The translations under genes were made by a program, and so were the position numbers. The notes below the pieces were generated by a model, which had not been told where the DNA came from, did not search any database, and saw only the letters and a list, made by a program, of their open reading frames with translations. A stretch of DNA of 64,000 bases from Rebecca billardiae RCC1528 (taxonomy: Eukaryota > Protista > Haptophyta). Positions 11,344 through 21,756 of the stretch are shown here, in pieces. Location of the stretch: the NCBI GenBank assembly GCA_965240325.2, contig OZ251230.1, positions 620,001-684,000 of the forward strand, in the 5' to 3' direction. How positions within the stretch are numbered: the first letter of the stretch is position 1; every line of letters starts with the position of its first letter.

Positions 11344-12534
11344 TCAACCGCCGCGCGCCGTGTGGTTCGAGTGCCATTCGCGCACCCATTTGATGAGCGC
11401 ATCGTTTGACGCCGTGCCGAGCGTGCGCGCCGCCGCCGAGATGAAGAGCGACGGCACGGGGCGCAGGTCGACGTAGTAGCACCCACGGACGATCGAACCG
11501 CCCTGCCCGTCGTCCAGAATCAGCTGGGCGGTGTAGTGGTTGGCGCCCATCGAGCCCGCCGCTGGAGCTGGCGCGCTCTGGTGCTCCCCTGAGGCGCAGA
11601 GCAAGAGCGCGTGCGCACTCGCGCAAAGGCCAGCGCCAGTGCCGTCGACGGCGAGCTCGTCGTCATGCCGGATGAGCTGCTCGAAAATCGTCATCTCGCG
11701 GTCGCTGATCATCGGGCCGATGTACGTGTGCCAATGCGTGACGATGCGGCGGCCAGGCTCTGGCGAGGCGACCGGACGTATAGTCACGCACGAGCGCGAG
11801 CTGGCGGTCTTGGTGATCGCGTTGACCAGCGCCTGCACTGACTCGCACGAGTCCACGCACGTGGTGAGATACCGCGTGACGACCTCCGGGGGCACGTCGC
11901 GCAGCGGGATCATCCGCCGGTAGCACCACGTTCCCGGCCCCAGCGGCCTGCGCACCACCTCGTGCCCGGCGCGCTCGTCGCGGCCGACCAGCTCGTACCC
12001 AAACTGCTCGGCGGGGGCGAGGATCTCGTGCAGCGCCCATTCGACGTGTCTTCGGTCGAAGTTGCACGCGGAAGCGCCGTCTGCCAGGTCGGTCACCGCT
12101 TCGACCGGCGGGCCGACCGGCTTGGGCGGTGAGGCCTCGATGACTGTTGGCAGCTCAGTCGTCGGGAGCTCGTCGTCCGCGACGACGTCATCGAGGACCA
12201 TGTCCGCCTCCAGACGCGCGATCTGCTCGGCGTGCGCGCGCTGTGAGCTCTCTAGCTCGTCCAGCGCCGCGTGCGCCTCGGCGAGGACGTCGCCGAGCTC
12301 GCGCATGACCCGCGCCTCGGCCGCCGCCGCCGCGAGACGTTGCTGCCGACGATGATACCACAGCAGGCAGATGCCCGCGACGCCGTAGGCTGCGGCGGTA
12401 CGCGCATGCGCTCCTTGCGGCATCCCTCGCGGCACCATACGCAGTGCCGCGGATGCCGATGCTGCCAGCGCAGGCGACGCTGCCTTGAACGCGGCCGACG
12501 CCGATTCCAGCACGTCGCATTTCGCGCCCGACAT
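11344..12534 (-). CDS. START/SRPBCC lipid-binding domain protein with N-terminal TM and coiled coil
   Basis: TM segment AYGVAGICLLWY, a coiled coil, then DVPPEVV, IGPMISDREM, YYVDLRPVPSLF and a C-terminal helix typical of the START fold. ATG at 12534. Confidence 0.7.
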   Translation of the reverse strand: MSGAKCDVLESASAAFKAASPALAASASAALRMVPRGMPQGAHARTAAAYGVAGICLLWYHRRQQRLAAAAAEARVMRELGDVLAEAHAALDELESSQRAHAEQIARLEADMVLDDVVADDELPTTELPTVIEASPPKPVGPPVEAVTDLADGASACNFDRRHVEWALHEILAPAEQFGYELVGRDERAGHEVVRRPLGPGTWCYRRMIPLRDVPPEVVTRYLTTCVDSCESVQALVNAITKTASSRSCVTIRPVASPEPGRRIVTHWHTYIGPMISDREMTIFEQLIRHDDELAVDGTGAGLCASAHALLLCASGEHQSAPAPAAGSMGANHYTAQLILDDGQGGSIVRGCYYVDLRPVPSLFISAAARTLGTASNDALIKWVREWHSNHTARGG

Positions 12535-12655
12535 CTTGTCGGTACAGAATGTGCAAGTATGGGGGTACGGTAAGGACGACACGATTCTTCGATTAACTCC
12601 TCCAATCGCCGCCAGACCCGGACTCGGGCTTGCGCGGTGAGGGCGGGCGAGAAGG

Positions 12656-14005
12656 ATGGCGCCGCGGCCGGCGGCGGCGGCGACGATGATGTTCTTGGCC
12701 ACGATGATGTTCTTGGCCCAGCAGGTGCTGCTGTGCGCAGGCACCATCCTGCACAACTCGAACCCGCACCCGACAAGTCCGGGCGTGGTGATCTTCACGC
12801 ACTACGACAAGCAAGACTGGCGGCAGCGCTGCGCGCCGCTCCTTTTCTCGCTCGAGAAGGCCAAAGTCGACTACGTGATTGGCTTCCTCGACGAGAGCAC
12901 CTTCCCTGGCGTGGCCAGGCGGCACAAGGAGTGCATGAAGGACAAGGAGTGCACATACCGCGAGGATCATCACATCTTCAACAACATGAACAAGTTCATC
13001 TGGTGCGCGCGCGCGCGCATGTCCCACCGCCCAACGCCCGGCCCCTTCTGAGCCCTTCGCGCGCGCCCCGCTCGGCGACACGCTCACAGGGCGTACGAAG
13101 TGCTCACCAGCGGCGAGGTGCACCCGGACTCGCTCGTCGTATTCGCTGACTGCACCGACGCGTACCTCATGTGCTCGGCCTCCGAGCTCGAGCGCAAGTT
13201 TGAGTCGTACCACGCAGACGTCGTGCACGCGTCCGAGTTCCACCTGTGGCCGTTCGACCGGCTCTTCAAGCTGATCCGCAAGCGCGTGGTGCCCAACCCG
13301 TACCCGCAGTCGAGCACGCCGCTGCGGTACGGGAACACGGGGCACTACGCAGGCCGCGCGCGCAGCCTGCTTGCCTACTTCGAGCGCATGCGCCGCGAGT
13401 GGGAGACGGGCACGCCCTGGACGTGGTGCTGCCCGACCGGCGTGCGGTACGTGCTGCCGTCCTACCAGGGCGCCGACGCCAACCAGACGGACTGCTTCAA
13501 CGACCAGCGGTGCATCCACACGTTCGTCGCCGCGGGCTTCCACAAGGACGGCCGGGGGCCGAGTCTCGTCTTCGACGAGACGGCCGAGCTCTTCCTCTCC
13601 GCCTCAAAGATGGGGCACCGTGTCACTGTGCGCGGTCCGCGCATCGAGTTCAACTTGAGCCAGGCGCTCGCGCCCACTACCGGCCGGTGGAGCGGACAGA
13701 AGTGGCGTGCGTCCAAGCCGTCGTCGTGGCCGTGCTGGATCCACTGCTCGGGGGCGTCGAAGGCGTTCTACCCGAAGGTCACGGAGGTGCTCATGGCGGC
13801 GGCCAGAAAAGAGGAGCAGGAGGGCAGGGGGAGCGCGTCGTCCATGTCGTGGAACGCTCGCACAGGGTTCAGCGGCGGCGCATCGTCGCTGGCATCGGCT
13901 GCCGTGCGGCGCGTGCTGGCACACGTGCTGCCAGCAGGGTCCAGCGTCCATCATGGTGCGGACCGCTCTCACGCAGACGAGCAGCAGCTGCTGGATAGCG
14001 CATGA
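12656..14005 (+). CDS. Secreted PLOD (procollagen lysyl hydroxylase) glycosyltransferase-domain-like protein; intron 13003-13089
   Basis: Signal peptide, then LVVFADCTDAY (DxxD), ADVVHASEFHLWP, YP..RYGNTGHYAGRA, NDQR, LVFDETAELF and WIHCSGASK, which parallel the PLOD GT domain. Confidence 0.78.
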
Positions 14006-14267
14006 CTGATCTAAACTGGCAGCTGATGATGGTAATTCGTCATCAGCCATTATTATTGATCACTTGATGATTGGGCAGCCAAAGTTCAAGTTGGCAGCTG
14101 AGGCGCGGGCTGGCACGGTCCGAGTTCAGATTGCGACTGCTCGGTGCCGGATGTCATCGGGAAGAGACGGGATGATGATGCCGATTGATGCTGCCGGGAG
14201 GCTGCCGCTGCGCCGCTGCGATTTCTCTGGTGACAACGGCCGAACTGGCGACCGGGCTCGGCGCTTG

Positions 14268-15878
14268 TCAACGGCGCCGGGTCTGTTGCGCGGCACATTT
14301 GAAGGTGGCGGCAAGCCTCCTCACATGGGCTTGATGATCGCCACGCAGCTCGTCGGCGGTGAGTGCGAGCTCTGCCCGCGACAAGCTCCGGACTCGCGGG
14401 TCCTGCTCTCGCAGCGCAGCATCCGCGCCAGGCTGCCCTCGAGGCCAGCGCCGTATCTCGTCGAGCACGAAACGACCGCGCGCTGCCGCCAGGGAGGGCG
14501 GCGCACTGCGCCAGCTGCTGAGCGGATTGTCCGGTAGCTTATCCAGGCGCTGGCGTACCTCCGGGTTCTGGGCGCCGCGCAGCCCGGCTGGCGGGTCTGG
14601 CAGCCTGCACGCCCTCGTCAGCGCGCCGGGCGCGAGCCCCGGCGGCTGCTGAAACGCCGAGCAGTGGGCGAGCGGTCCAGCCTCGCCGAGGAGCGCGCGC
14701 CGCACCGAGAGCTCGGTCCACGGGCAGACGCGCGCCATCGACGCGAAGCGGCGGTCGAGGCCGATCTGCGCGAGCACGCGGTCGGCGTGCGGCGCGTGTA
14801 CATCCAGCGGCGTGCGCTCGAGCGCGCGCAGCCCGTACCGACTCGCGACGCGCCGCCCGCCCGGGCCGGTGCCCGGCAGCGAGAGCAGGTCATCCTCTGC
14901 ACTGCCCACGCCGGCTGTGCCGTGCGCCGCAGCGAGCGCCTCCGCGCAGCCGGGCGGCAGGCGCTCAGGCGGCGGGTGCGCGCCGGCGTACGCCGAGCGC
15001 GCCATGTCTCCGCCCACCACGCCGGTGAAGCGCATCCGGCTGGTCAGGTTGAGCGCGTCATGCACGTGCACAGGCCAGCGGAAGTGCGACCACTTGCTCG
15101 ACGGCCCCTTGTGATGCGCGAGGCTCATCAGCGAGCAGCTGTACAGCTCCCACTGCTCGGCAATCAGCGCCCAGCTGGCGACCGTGCGCGCGCGCCCGGC
15201 GAGCCACCAGTCGTACAGAAAGTACGCGACGTCGATGGGCGGCGGCCGGAGCGTGTGCGTGTAGTGCGCACCGGAGCAGCCGCGCTTGAACAGACCGCCA
15301 CCCGCATGGCCCGCGCCGCACTGCGAGTCGAGCGCCGCCACCTCCGCCGGGGAGGACGGCGCGTCGGTGCAGCACTGCGAGGCGAAGTAGAGCAGCTCGC
15401 CCCCGTCGGACCCCGTCGCTTCGATGAGGCGCAGATCCACCGCGCGCTTGAGGAACAGGTCGGCACGCAGCACAAGCACCGTTGCGTACGAATGGTTGTG
15501 CATGCGCTCAAACGCGCGCACGAGCTGGCCACCTCTCCCAATGGAGAGCGCGTGCGAGCGGCCGCTCGCGTGGTACTCGGCGGGCTCGTGTGCCGAAAGC
15601 CGCATGCGATCACCGAACTGCTCGTCGAAATACGCCCCTGCGAGCGGGTTCCACGTGTGCGCGAACACGTCCACACCGCCGATGTGCTCGTTGGCGTCGA
15701 GGACGAGCGCGCGATGGGTCGAGGTCGCGTACCGGATGATGCGAGGTGAGGCGACCTCTGACGTCACCTTTTGCTTCTGGATACGGTCTTGGTCGGCGCG
15801 CGACGCCCGCTTGTGCAGATTGCCGATGAGGCCGATGAGCAGCAGGGCGTAGCGCCGCGGCGGGTCCGTATCCGCCAT
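14268..15878 (-). CDS. Hypothetical protein, probable glycosyltransferase-like family (ALLLIG / DVFAHTW / YxxVLVLRADL)
   Basis: Long intronless ORF from MADTDPP with high GC3. The motif pattern resembles uncharacterised GT-like proteins of algae and plants. Confidence 0.65.
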   Translation of the reverse strand: MADTDPPRRYALLLIGLIGNLHKRASRADQDRIQKQKVTSEVASPRIIRYATSTHRALVLDANEHIGGVDVFAHTWNPLAGAYFDEQFGDRMRLSAHEPAEYHASGRSHALSIGRGGQLVRAFERMHNHSYATVLVLRADLFLKRAVDLRLIEATGSDGGELLYFASQCCTDAPSSPAEVAALDSQCGAGHAGGGLFKRGCSGAHYTHTLRPPPIDVAYFLYDWWLAGRARTVASWALIAEQWELYSCSLMSLAHHKGPSSKWSHFRWPVHVHDALNLTSRMRFTGVVGGDMARSAYAGAHPPPERLPPGCAEALAAAHGTAGVGSAEDDLLSLPGTGPGGRRVASRYGLRALERTPLDVHAPHADRVLAQIGLDRRFASMARVCPWTELSVRRALLGEAGPLAHCSAFQQPPGLAPGALTRACRLPDPPAGLRGAQNPEVRQRLDKLPDNPLSSWRSAPPSLAAARGRFVLDEIRRWPRGQPGADAALREQDPRVRSLSRAELALTADELRGDHQAHVRRLAATFKCAAQQTRRR

Positions 15879-16146
15879 CGTGCCGAACCGGGGCGTGAGC
15901 GGCGAGCGCGGAGCAAATTTCTTTTTAGCAAGCACTGCAACTCTCCGCAAGCGGGAAGGGATGGCCGTCACGGGCGTCACGGCGGCCCTGGACAGGGCGG
16001 GCCAAGGTCGCGTATCTTGCACGGAGGCTCATGAACAGCAGACGGCAGACTGTCGAGCTTCCACATTGTCGATTGGGGCTGATGACTTACGGGATCACGT
16101 CCTTCAGCACTGCGTGAGACAGTCCTGCGCTATCCGATGTCGCTGA

Positions 16147-16557
16147 CTACTTCGCCTTGGCGTTCGACTGCCGTGGCGTGGTGCGGAGCATGAGCGCGCT
16201 CATCCAGCACAGGCTTATCGTCGCCACGATGCCCGGACTAGCGATGCTCCGCACGCTCATCGTCTTGAATACCACCAACTCCATGCCGAAGTGCGCCAGC
16301 GCGAGCACAAAGGAGGCCATCGTCGCCATGAAGACCGGCGAGTCCGGCGCGCAACCAGAGTGCGCGCACAGGAAGCATAAGGCGCATGTGACGCCCGTCC
16401 ACGCCGCGAAGATGCGCCCGGCAAGGGGAGTGAACTCTTGGGCCAAAGGATATAGAGACTGCTGAAGTACGGCTGGATTCATTAGGCCCATCACCGTCGA
16501 GAGGACACGCAAGGCTCCAACCAGCACAAGCCAACGCCCCAGCCACACATTCGCCAT
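16147..16557 (-). CDS. ERG28: Ergosterol biosynthesis scaffold protein ERG28
   Basis: 136 aa, four TM helices, with LGRWLVLVGALR, TPLAGRIFAAWT, SFVLALAHFGMELVVFKT and SPGIVATISLCWM. Confidence 0.92.
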   Translation of the reverse strand: MANVWLGRWLVLVGALRVLSTVMGLMNPAVLQQSLYPLAQEFTPLAGRIFAAWTGVTCALCFLCAHSGCAPDSPVFMATMASFVLALAHFGMELVVFKTMSVRSIASPGIVATISLCWMSALMLRTTPRQSNAKAK

Positions 16558-16707
16558 GCTGACGAGTCCGGACGGCGACAAGTTTATTGTACAGTACCGC
16601 CATGTGCTAACGCCCTACGGGAGGGCGCCGCATGCGGCTGCAGTCTTCAACTACCTGCTCGCGACCGGGCATCATACAGCGATGGCGAGTGGCGACGACA
16701 CGTAGGG

Positions 16708-17958
16708 TCACTTTTCATCTGCTGATGCACACGTGCTCCCCAGGCGGCCGGCGACCCCATTGGCCCCGCCGCCAAACTCGCGCGCGCGCAGCACGGCACG
16801 CACCGCATCGAGTGCTTCCTCGTCAGTGCCGTCTTCTGACGGGTCGAACTGGTTGAGGCCGACCAGGTACGCTCGGCGCGCGGCTGGCACGATCGTCATG
16901 CGCGTGTAAAACCAGTGCTTCGTGCCCGAGTGCTGGCACATGAGCGCGCCGTCCGACCAGCTCATCCGTGCACAGAACCAGCCGAGGGCGTAGGCTGGGT
17001 GGACGCGCGGCTGCGCGGGCGTGTGCAGCTCCACGCACGCGGTGGCTGGCAGGATGGCGAGCGTGTCCTCGCCGTTGTGGCAGCGCACGTGCCACGCCAG
17101 GTAGGCGGCCATGGCGCGCAGTGAGCCAGAGAACGTGCCCGCCGGCCCGCGCAACCGCGGCCCAAAGAAGTGGGCCGAGAGCTCGGTGAACGCGCGTGCG
17201 CCGTGGTGTCCGAGCGGGCTGCCCGGGCCGCGCGGAATGCCGAAAGCGTTGGAGAAGTCGAGGCCACGCACGCCCAGCGGCTCGAAGAGGCGATGAATGA
17301 GAAGCTGTTCCCATGCGCCGTCGAGCATCTCCTCCACCACGTGCCCGAGCAGGATGTAGCCCCAGTTCGAGTAGACGAACCGAGTGCCGACTGTGTACGC
17401 GGGCGCAGAACCGAGCGCGGCTGCAGCGCAGCGCGCGCGCTGCGCGCGCGGCGTGCCACCGCCACTGTAGAAGGGCGCGTACGACGGTACATCCCGCGCG
17501 AGGCCAGCCTGGTGGCTCGCGAGTTGGCGCAACGTTGCATTCTCGTATGCAGTGCCACGCGCCGCAGGCAGCACCTCACCGAGCGTCGCCCCCCAGTGCC
17601 GTGCCGTGACGTTCGAGTCGTGCAGGGCGATCGCTGTGAGCGTTGCGGTCATCGACTTGGTCATGGATGCCCAGTGGAAGCGCGTGTCTAGATCATGCGG
17701 TAGAGGCTCACCGGAGCCAATGACGCGCTCGCCACAGCCGCCATTTGCGCACACCTCGCCCGAGCTCGCGACGGTCAAGCCGAACAGCCCGACCTTGTGC
17801 AGGCGGGTGCGAATGGCGTCGAGCGCGGCGTCGAGCGGCGGGTCGGTCTGCAGCAGCAGCGCCGAGCGCGGACGTCTCGGGTGAAGCGTGCGCACGGCGA
17901 CGAGCGCGAGCGCTAGGAGCCCCAAGCCCACCCAGGCCCGTCGCTGGGCGGCCGCCAT
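16708..17958 (-). CDS. Beta-lactamase-related serine hydrolase (AmpC/class C-like), signal anchor
   Basis: FHWASMTKS (SxxK), TLRQLASHQAGL, FVYSNWGY (YxN), LFEPLG, YALGW and HSG motifs. Confidence 0.92.
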   Translation of the reverse strand: MAAAQRRAWVGLGLLALALVAVRTLHPRRPRSALLLQTDPPLDAALDAIRTRLHKVGLFGLTVASSGEVCANGGCGERVIGSGEPLPHDLDTRFHWASMTKSMTATLTAIALHDSNVTARHWGATLGEVLPAARGTAYENATLRQLASHQAGLARDVPSYAPFYSGGGTPRAQRARCAAAALGSAPAYTVGTRFVYSNWGYILLGHVVEEMLDGAWEQLLIHRLFEPLGVRGLDFSNAFGIPRGPGSPLGHHGARAFTELSAHFFGPRLRGPAGTFSGSLRAMAAYLAWHVRCHNGEDTLAILPATACVELHTPAQPRVHPAYALGWFCARMSWSDGALMCQHSGTKHWFYTRMTIVPAARRAYLVGLNQFDPSEDGTDEEALDAVRAVLRAREFGGGANGVAGRLGSTCASADEK

Positions 17959-18086
17959 GCTGCGGCAAACGTGAGACTTTCCCCCCTATTCAGATTCGTC
18001 TCCACAGTCCAGGAGTCGTGGCCGGCTGGGCGCGGAATCCCGAATCTTGTGACTGCACACCACGTTCACGTGGTGGAGGCAGGGCC

Positions 18087-19625
18087 ATGCTTGCCGTCCG
18101 TCGCCGCGGCGGCGGCCTGGTGCTCGCGCACGTGAGGGCGAGGCGAGCGGTGCCGCACGTGCGCGAGCTCGGCTTCTTCCAAGAGCTCCGAAAGCGCGTC
18201 TCCGAGGAGATGCAGAAGAACGAGGAGCTGCAGAAGTCGCTCAAGGAGCTCCGCGAGCATGATGCCCTCAAGGCGGCCAAGGGCGTCGCGGAGAAGGCCA
18301 AGGAGTCGTTGGGGAAGGCGCAGGCCTCCGCGGGCGAGGCTGTGAACGCCGCCAAGGCCAAGGTGCGCCGCGCGCGCCCCGCCGCCGTCTAGTGCCCACC
18401 CGCCCAGCCGACTCGTCACGGCGAGCGCGCCGTGGCTGAAGGAGCCGCGCGCGTGCCCGTCGCATCGCGCAGGCCGAGTCGGTCAAGCAGACGGTGGAGA
18501 ACCGCGAGGAGGTGAAGGAGGCGTACAAGTGGGCAGAGACCGCGAGCGAGAAGGCGAAGGAGGCGGCGCGCAAGGCATCGCCCTCGTCCTCGGGCGCGAG
18601 CGGAGCGGACGCTGAGGTACGCACCCCACACCGCGCGCGCAGGCACGACAGCCATGCTGCGCGCACACGGCCGCGCGGGATCGCAAGCCGCTCCGCCGGG
18701 CGCGCTCGCTCATCGCCACTCTGCGCGCCCCGGCCGTCCCCCGGACGCCGTGCTCCGTCGCGCGCGGCTGCGCGCGCAGGCATCGGCGGGCGGCGCGAGC
18801 GCCGCGGACAGCGGCAGCGGCAGCGGCAGCGGCAGCGGTGCGCCCGGCGTGTCCTGGTTCCAGCGGCTCAGCGAAGCGCTGGGCAGCGCGCCGAAGGGCG
18901 CTGGGGCCGCCCCCGGGCCGGCGGAGGGCGAGAACGACTCGACCACCACCGCGGTGGTCATCAAGCCCCCGTCGATGTGGGAGCAGGCCTTCAACAGGGC
19001 GCAGGACTCGCCGCTGCTCGGCGGGCTGCTCGGCGCGTTCCGCGGGCTGTTTGGCGTGGCAGGGAACGCCGCGTCCAGCGTGACCGACCGCGTGCTCGGC
19101 GAGAACGAGAACGCGGAGGCGCTGATGATGCTGCGCGAGCGCGACCCGGCGTTCCACCCGGAGCCCTTCCTGAAGCACATGGAGCACGTGCTGATCCCCA
19201 AGGTGATCGGCGCGTACCTGGCGGGCACGCTGCCCGAGCTGCGCGCGATGTGCGTCGAGCAGGCGTTCGCCACGCTCCACTCGAACGTGCAGGCGCGCAT
19301 CGCGCAGCAGATCTTCATGGACCGGCGCATCCTGGACCTGTCGGGCGTCGAGCTCGTCGGCTTCCGCCTCGTCAACGAGGAGCCCACCGCCGTCGTGCAG
19401 TTCGTCACGCAGCAGATCAACTGCATGCGCGACCCGTCGGGCCGCGTCGTCGAGGGCGCGCCCGACGACATCCGCGCCGTCTACTACGTCTTTGCGCTGC
19501 AGCAGCGCGAGCCGGACGACGCCGAGCCGGACGAGGCGACGGGGGAGTACATCGATCCGCGCCCATCCGTCGAGCGGTGGGTCGTCACCGAGCTCGCGAT
19601 CCGCGGCGCGATGGAGACGTGGTGA
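18087..19625 (+). CDS. TIM44: Mitochondrial import inner membrane translocase subunit TIM44; introns 18363-18472 and 18617-18779
   Basis: Arg-rich presequence, EEMQKNEELQKSLKEL, ENENAEAL..RDPAF, AYLAG, FVTQQINCMRD..GRVVEGAPDDI and W.VTEL. Confidence 0.93.
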
Positions 19626-20063
19626 GCGGGCCCAGCGGGTGCGCGGATACTACTGCTACAGTAGATGGTTGACCGAGCTGTGGCAATCATCTCAACCTAC
19701 TCGTCATCGAAAAGCTGACTCCATGATGGCGCCTGGCGTGCAGGTGGGGCCGCTCCTGCTCCCCTCGTCTGTCCCTGTGTCTCCCCCGCATCTGCTCCTA
19801 AGTCCTAGGTTCCAGTGCGTAGCCCTAGCTGACATACTACGGTACTAGACAGTACGCCCAGTCCAAGCGACTAGCAAGCTTGGGCCGGACCCAGTCCGTC
19901 ACAATCAAAATTTTAGCGTGCGTCCGGGCTCATTCAGCGAAGGCCACCGGACGCGCGGCTGAAACGCGCGAAGCTGCGCTGCCGGGCGCGCGAAAACCCC
20001 ACCGCTTGGCTGCTGGTTCACGCCCGCGCCCGACTGCGTGTCGTGCGCCGCGTCGTCGACGCC

Positions 20064-21356
20064 ATGGTGGAGGGCCACTCGGTGCACCGCGTCGCACACG
20101 CTCTTCGCGCGCGCATGGTCGGCCGCCGCTTCAAGGCGAGCAGCCCGAACGGCCGCTTCGCCGACGGCGCAGCCCTGATCGACGGGCGTCGGTTTGAGAA
20201 GATCGAGGCGGTGGGGAAGAACCTCTTCGCCTTCTTCGTGGCGGTGAGCGGCTCGACCGCGGTGGAGCCCGTCGTGATGCACGTGCACTTTGGCATGGCC
20301 GGCGTGTGGAGCATCTTCGAGCCGGACGCCGAGCAGGTGCCCGACGTCACGCCCACCACGCGGCTGCGGCTCGAGGGCGAGGGCCTGGTGAGCCACCTCT
20401 CCGCGATGACGGTCGCGCACGGCGGCCTCGAGCTGTACGAGCAGAAGCGCGCGGCGCTCGGGCACGACCCGCTGCGCGACGATGCCGACCCCGACGCGCT
20501 CTGGGAGCGCGTGCGCCACTCGGCCAAGAGCATCGGCCAGCTGCTGATGGACCAATCGTACTTCACCGGGCCGGGCAACATCTACCGGGCCGAGATTCTG
20601 TTCGTGGCGCGCGTGCACCCCGAGATCCGCGGGCGCGAGCTCGAGCGCGAGCAGTTCGATCGGATCTGGACGGCGACCGTCGCCCTGCTCCGCCGCGGCT
20701 TCGCCACCGGCTCGATCCTCACCGTCGAGCCGGAGGAGGCGGCGCGGCTGGGCAAGCCCGAGCTGCGGCGCTTCATTTACAATCGCAGCCGCTGTGGCGT
20801 GTGCGACGGCTCGGTGGTGTCGTGGGACATGTCGGGGCGCACGTGCTACGCGTGCCCGCGCTGCCAGCCGCGCGCCGGCGCGCGCGCGCCCGCCGACCCC
20901 GCCGCGCCGCAGCCGGGCTCGCCGGTGCGCGTCTTCAACTCGCACTGCGCGCGCGAGCCGCTGGGCACGCGGCTGGGGCAGGGCGGCGGCGCGGCGCTGA
21001 CGGTCGCCGAGCTGCGCGCCGAGCTCGAGCGGCGTGGTGCGCCCAAGGTCGGGAAGAAGGCCGAGCTCGTCGCGCGCCTCGACACGCTACTCGCCGAGGC
21101 GGGTCCCACCAAGCCCGAGCCCGAGCCCGCCTCGGCCGTCGTCTCGGCCGAGGCGGCTGCCATGGAGAAGGCGCGCGCGGGCGAGAACCGCGCGGTCGAG
21201 CACGTCGCCGAGCTCGCGCCGGAGCAGGCACGCCGCGCAGTGCGCCGCGCGCGTGAAGTCAAGGTGGAGCAGCACGCTGAAGGGGGCGGGCAACTCCGAA
21301 TGCGCCAGTCGAAGGTGCGCCGCGGCACGCGCAGCACCGCCTGCAATGATGAATGA
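20064..21356 (+). CDS. Fpg/Nei (endonuclease VIII-like) DNA glycosylase with H2TH, zinc finger and C-terminal SAP domain
   Basis: MVEGHSVHR N-terminus, GKNLF, HFGMAG, LLMDQSYFTGPGNIYRAEILF (H2TH), CGVC..CYACPRCQ zinc finger, and SAP motif LTVAELRAELERRGAPKVGKKAELVARL. Confidence 0.93.
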   Translation: MVEGHSVHRVAHALRARMVGRRFKASSPNGRFADGAALIDGRRFEKIEAVGKNLFAFFVAVSGSTAVEPVVMHVHFGMAGVWSIFEPDAEQVPDVTPTTRLRLEGEGLVSHLSAMTVAHGGLELYEQKRAALGHDPLRDDADPDALWERVRHSAKSIGQLLMDQSYFTGPGNIYRAEILFVARVHPEIRGRELEREQFDRIWTATVALLRRGFATGSILTVEPEEAARLGKPELRRFIYNRSRCGVCDGSVVSWDMSGRTCYACPRCQPRAGARAPADPAAPQPGSPVRVFNSHCAREPLGTRLGQGGGAALTVAELRAELERRGAPKVGKKAELVARLDTLLAEAGPTKPEPEPASAVVSAEAAAMEKARAGENRAVEHVAELAPEQARRAVRRAREVKVEQHAEGGGQLRMRQSKVRRGTRSTACNDE

Positions 21357-21756
21357 TGACACGGCACCGTGATAGTGAATAGTGATGCCTGCTGAGCCTG
21401 ATGGGGCGGCAGCCCGGCTGATGGCAGCGCGGCATCAGTGTACTGGACCTGACGATGAGCTCATCCGCCCTAAGCAGGCCGATGAATGCGAGTAATTTCG
21501 CTGACGTCTGACGAGCACGGAGCGCAGTACTAGCAACTTATTAAGCTAGTACTGCTGGCAGTATAGTAGTAGCGCAGTCTTCATAAGCCTTATGATAACT
21601 ACTAAGCCCGCCGTCTGTTCGTGATCGTAGTCACTCGCGGCTGCGCTTTTTTGCCACCACCACCGCCGCCAGCGACAGTCGACAGACGCTTCACTGTTAG
21701 TGTTACTCCCCTGAGAGGCCTGAGAGTCATCGCGGCATCGTCGTCAGCAATGGTAG

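Noticed and set aside
16708-17958. Antibiotic-resistance gene or bacterial contamination
   Set aside because: It is embedded among intron-containing eukaryotic genes, and beta-lactamase-like serine hydrolases are common in eukaryotes.
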